Positions 26,912 through 27,370 of a DNA stretch of 27,370 nt are shown piece by piece (the stretch's first letter is position 1; every line of letters begins with the position of its first letter). The stretch covers positions 1 to 27,370 of the forward strand of contig JAEOTP010000041.1 in assembly GCA_016839765.1 (NCBI GenBank), written 5' to 3'. The notes under the pieces are model-generated. The model worked only from the letters and a program-made list of their open reading frames with translations, searched no databases and was not told where the DNA came from. This DNA is from Promethearchaeota archaeon. GTDB lineage: Archaea; Asgardarchaeota; Lokiarchaeia; Sigyniarchaeales; SOKP01. The translations under genes were made by a program, and so were the position numbers.

Positions 26912-27370
26912 ATGACTGTTCATTTATCTACAGAAAGTACTTTTTTAGAGGTTTTCCAACAAAAAATTATACAGAGTAGGCGTTTATTGCAATTTGGTAA
27001 TCATAGATGGGCAGATAGACTATTAACCGATTTATATTTCGAGATTGAAAAAAACGAATGGTTAGACATCCAAAAGAAGCACCAGTTAATAATGGTAATT
27101 TCAAATTCTTGGTGGATGTACATTAATTCATTGATTCATAGAACTGAAGGAAAAATAGATATTGATATGATTAAATATATTGATGCCTATAAAAGATTCT
27201 TTTCATTTCTATCAAAATTGGATGATTTTTATATTTTTAATAATTTTGTAACTAACCTTCTAAAGTCATTCATAACTATGAAAGATTTATCTCAATCAGG
27301 TATTACTAAATTTATAAATTCTTATTGTGTAAAAGTTAGTGAAAGAAAAGACTATCAGAAGTTAATAGAA
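26912..27370 (+). CDS. Alpha-helical hypothetical protein, truncated by the right edge (not in ORF track)
   Basis: ATG 26912, open to the window end: MTVHLSTESTFLEVFQQKIIQSRRLLQFGNHRWADRLLTDLYFEIEKNEWLD...; starts 18 bp after the ARP stop. Confidence 0.8.
   Translation, partial: MTVHLSTESTFLEVFQQKIIQSRRLLQFGNHRWADRLLTDLYFEIEKNEWLDIQKKHQLIMVISNSWWMYINSLIHRTEGKIDIDMIKYIDAYKRFFSFLSKLDDFYIFNNFVTNLLKSFITMKDLSQSGITKFINSYCVKVSERKDYQKLIE

Noticed and set aside
14634-26913. Short ORFs within the flotillin, nnr, vWA, AbrB-ACT and ARP genes, and 24233-24439
   Set aside because: Shadow or alternate-frame ORFs, or AT-rich intergenic ORFs, with no motifs.
1-27370. Selenocysteine/pyrrolysine read-through
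   Set aside because: The TGA/TAG stops I inspected do not fall at catalytic Cys-like positions or open into long conserved frames. No SECIS was recognised by eye.

Overview
Very AT-rich archaeal DNA, almost certainly from an Asgard archaeon (Lokiarchaeia-like). The assignment is inferred from a divergent actin-related protein, a gelsolin-domain protein, a Roadblock/LC7 protein, Loki-type NosD beta-helix and zinc-ribbon membrane proteins, and BHB-intron tRNAs. The left part (1-11.6 kb) is accessory: a secreted beta-helix protein, small Cys-rich and membrane ORFs, a pseudogene, a radical SAM protein, a VOC protein, a FixC/GGR-like flavoprotein with a FixX-like ferredoxin missing from the ORF track, and an RHH regulator. 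The middle holds a zinc-ribbon/NfeD/flotillin membrane cluster, a beta-carbonic anhydrase, tandem tRNA-Thr(GGT) and tRNA-Met(CAT) genes with three introns at non-standard positions, a VOC protein and nnr. The right part (19.4-27.4 kb) is a eukaryotic-signature neighbourhood: gelsolin, Roadblock, a Cdc48-N-like/Pro-rich/vWA protein, a PH-like protein, and an AbrB-ACT, coiled-coil, ARP, helical-protein operon. The main leads are this candidate actin-regulation/remodelling module, the tRNA introns, and three genes that appear to start at ATA. All family calls come from motif recognition by eye; no database searches were run.
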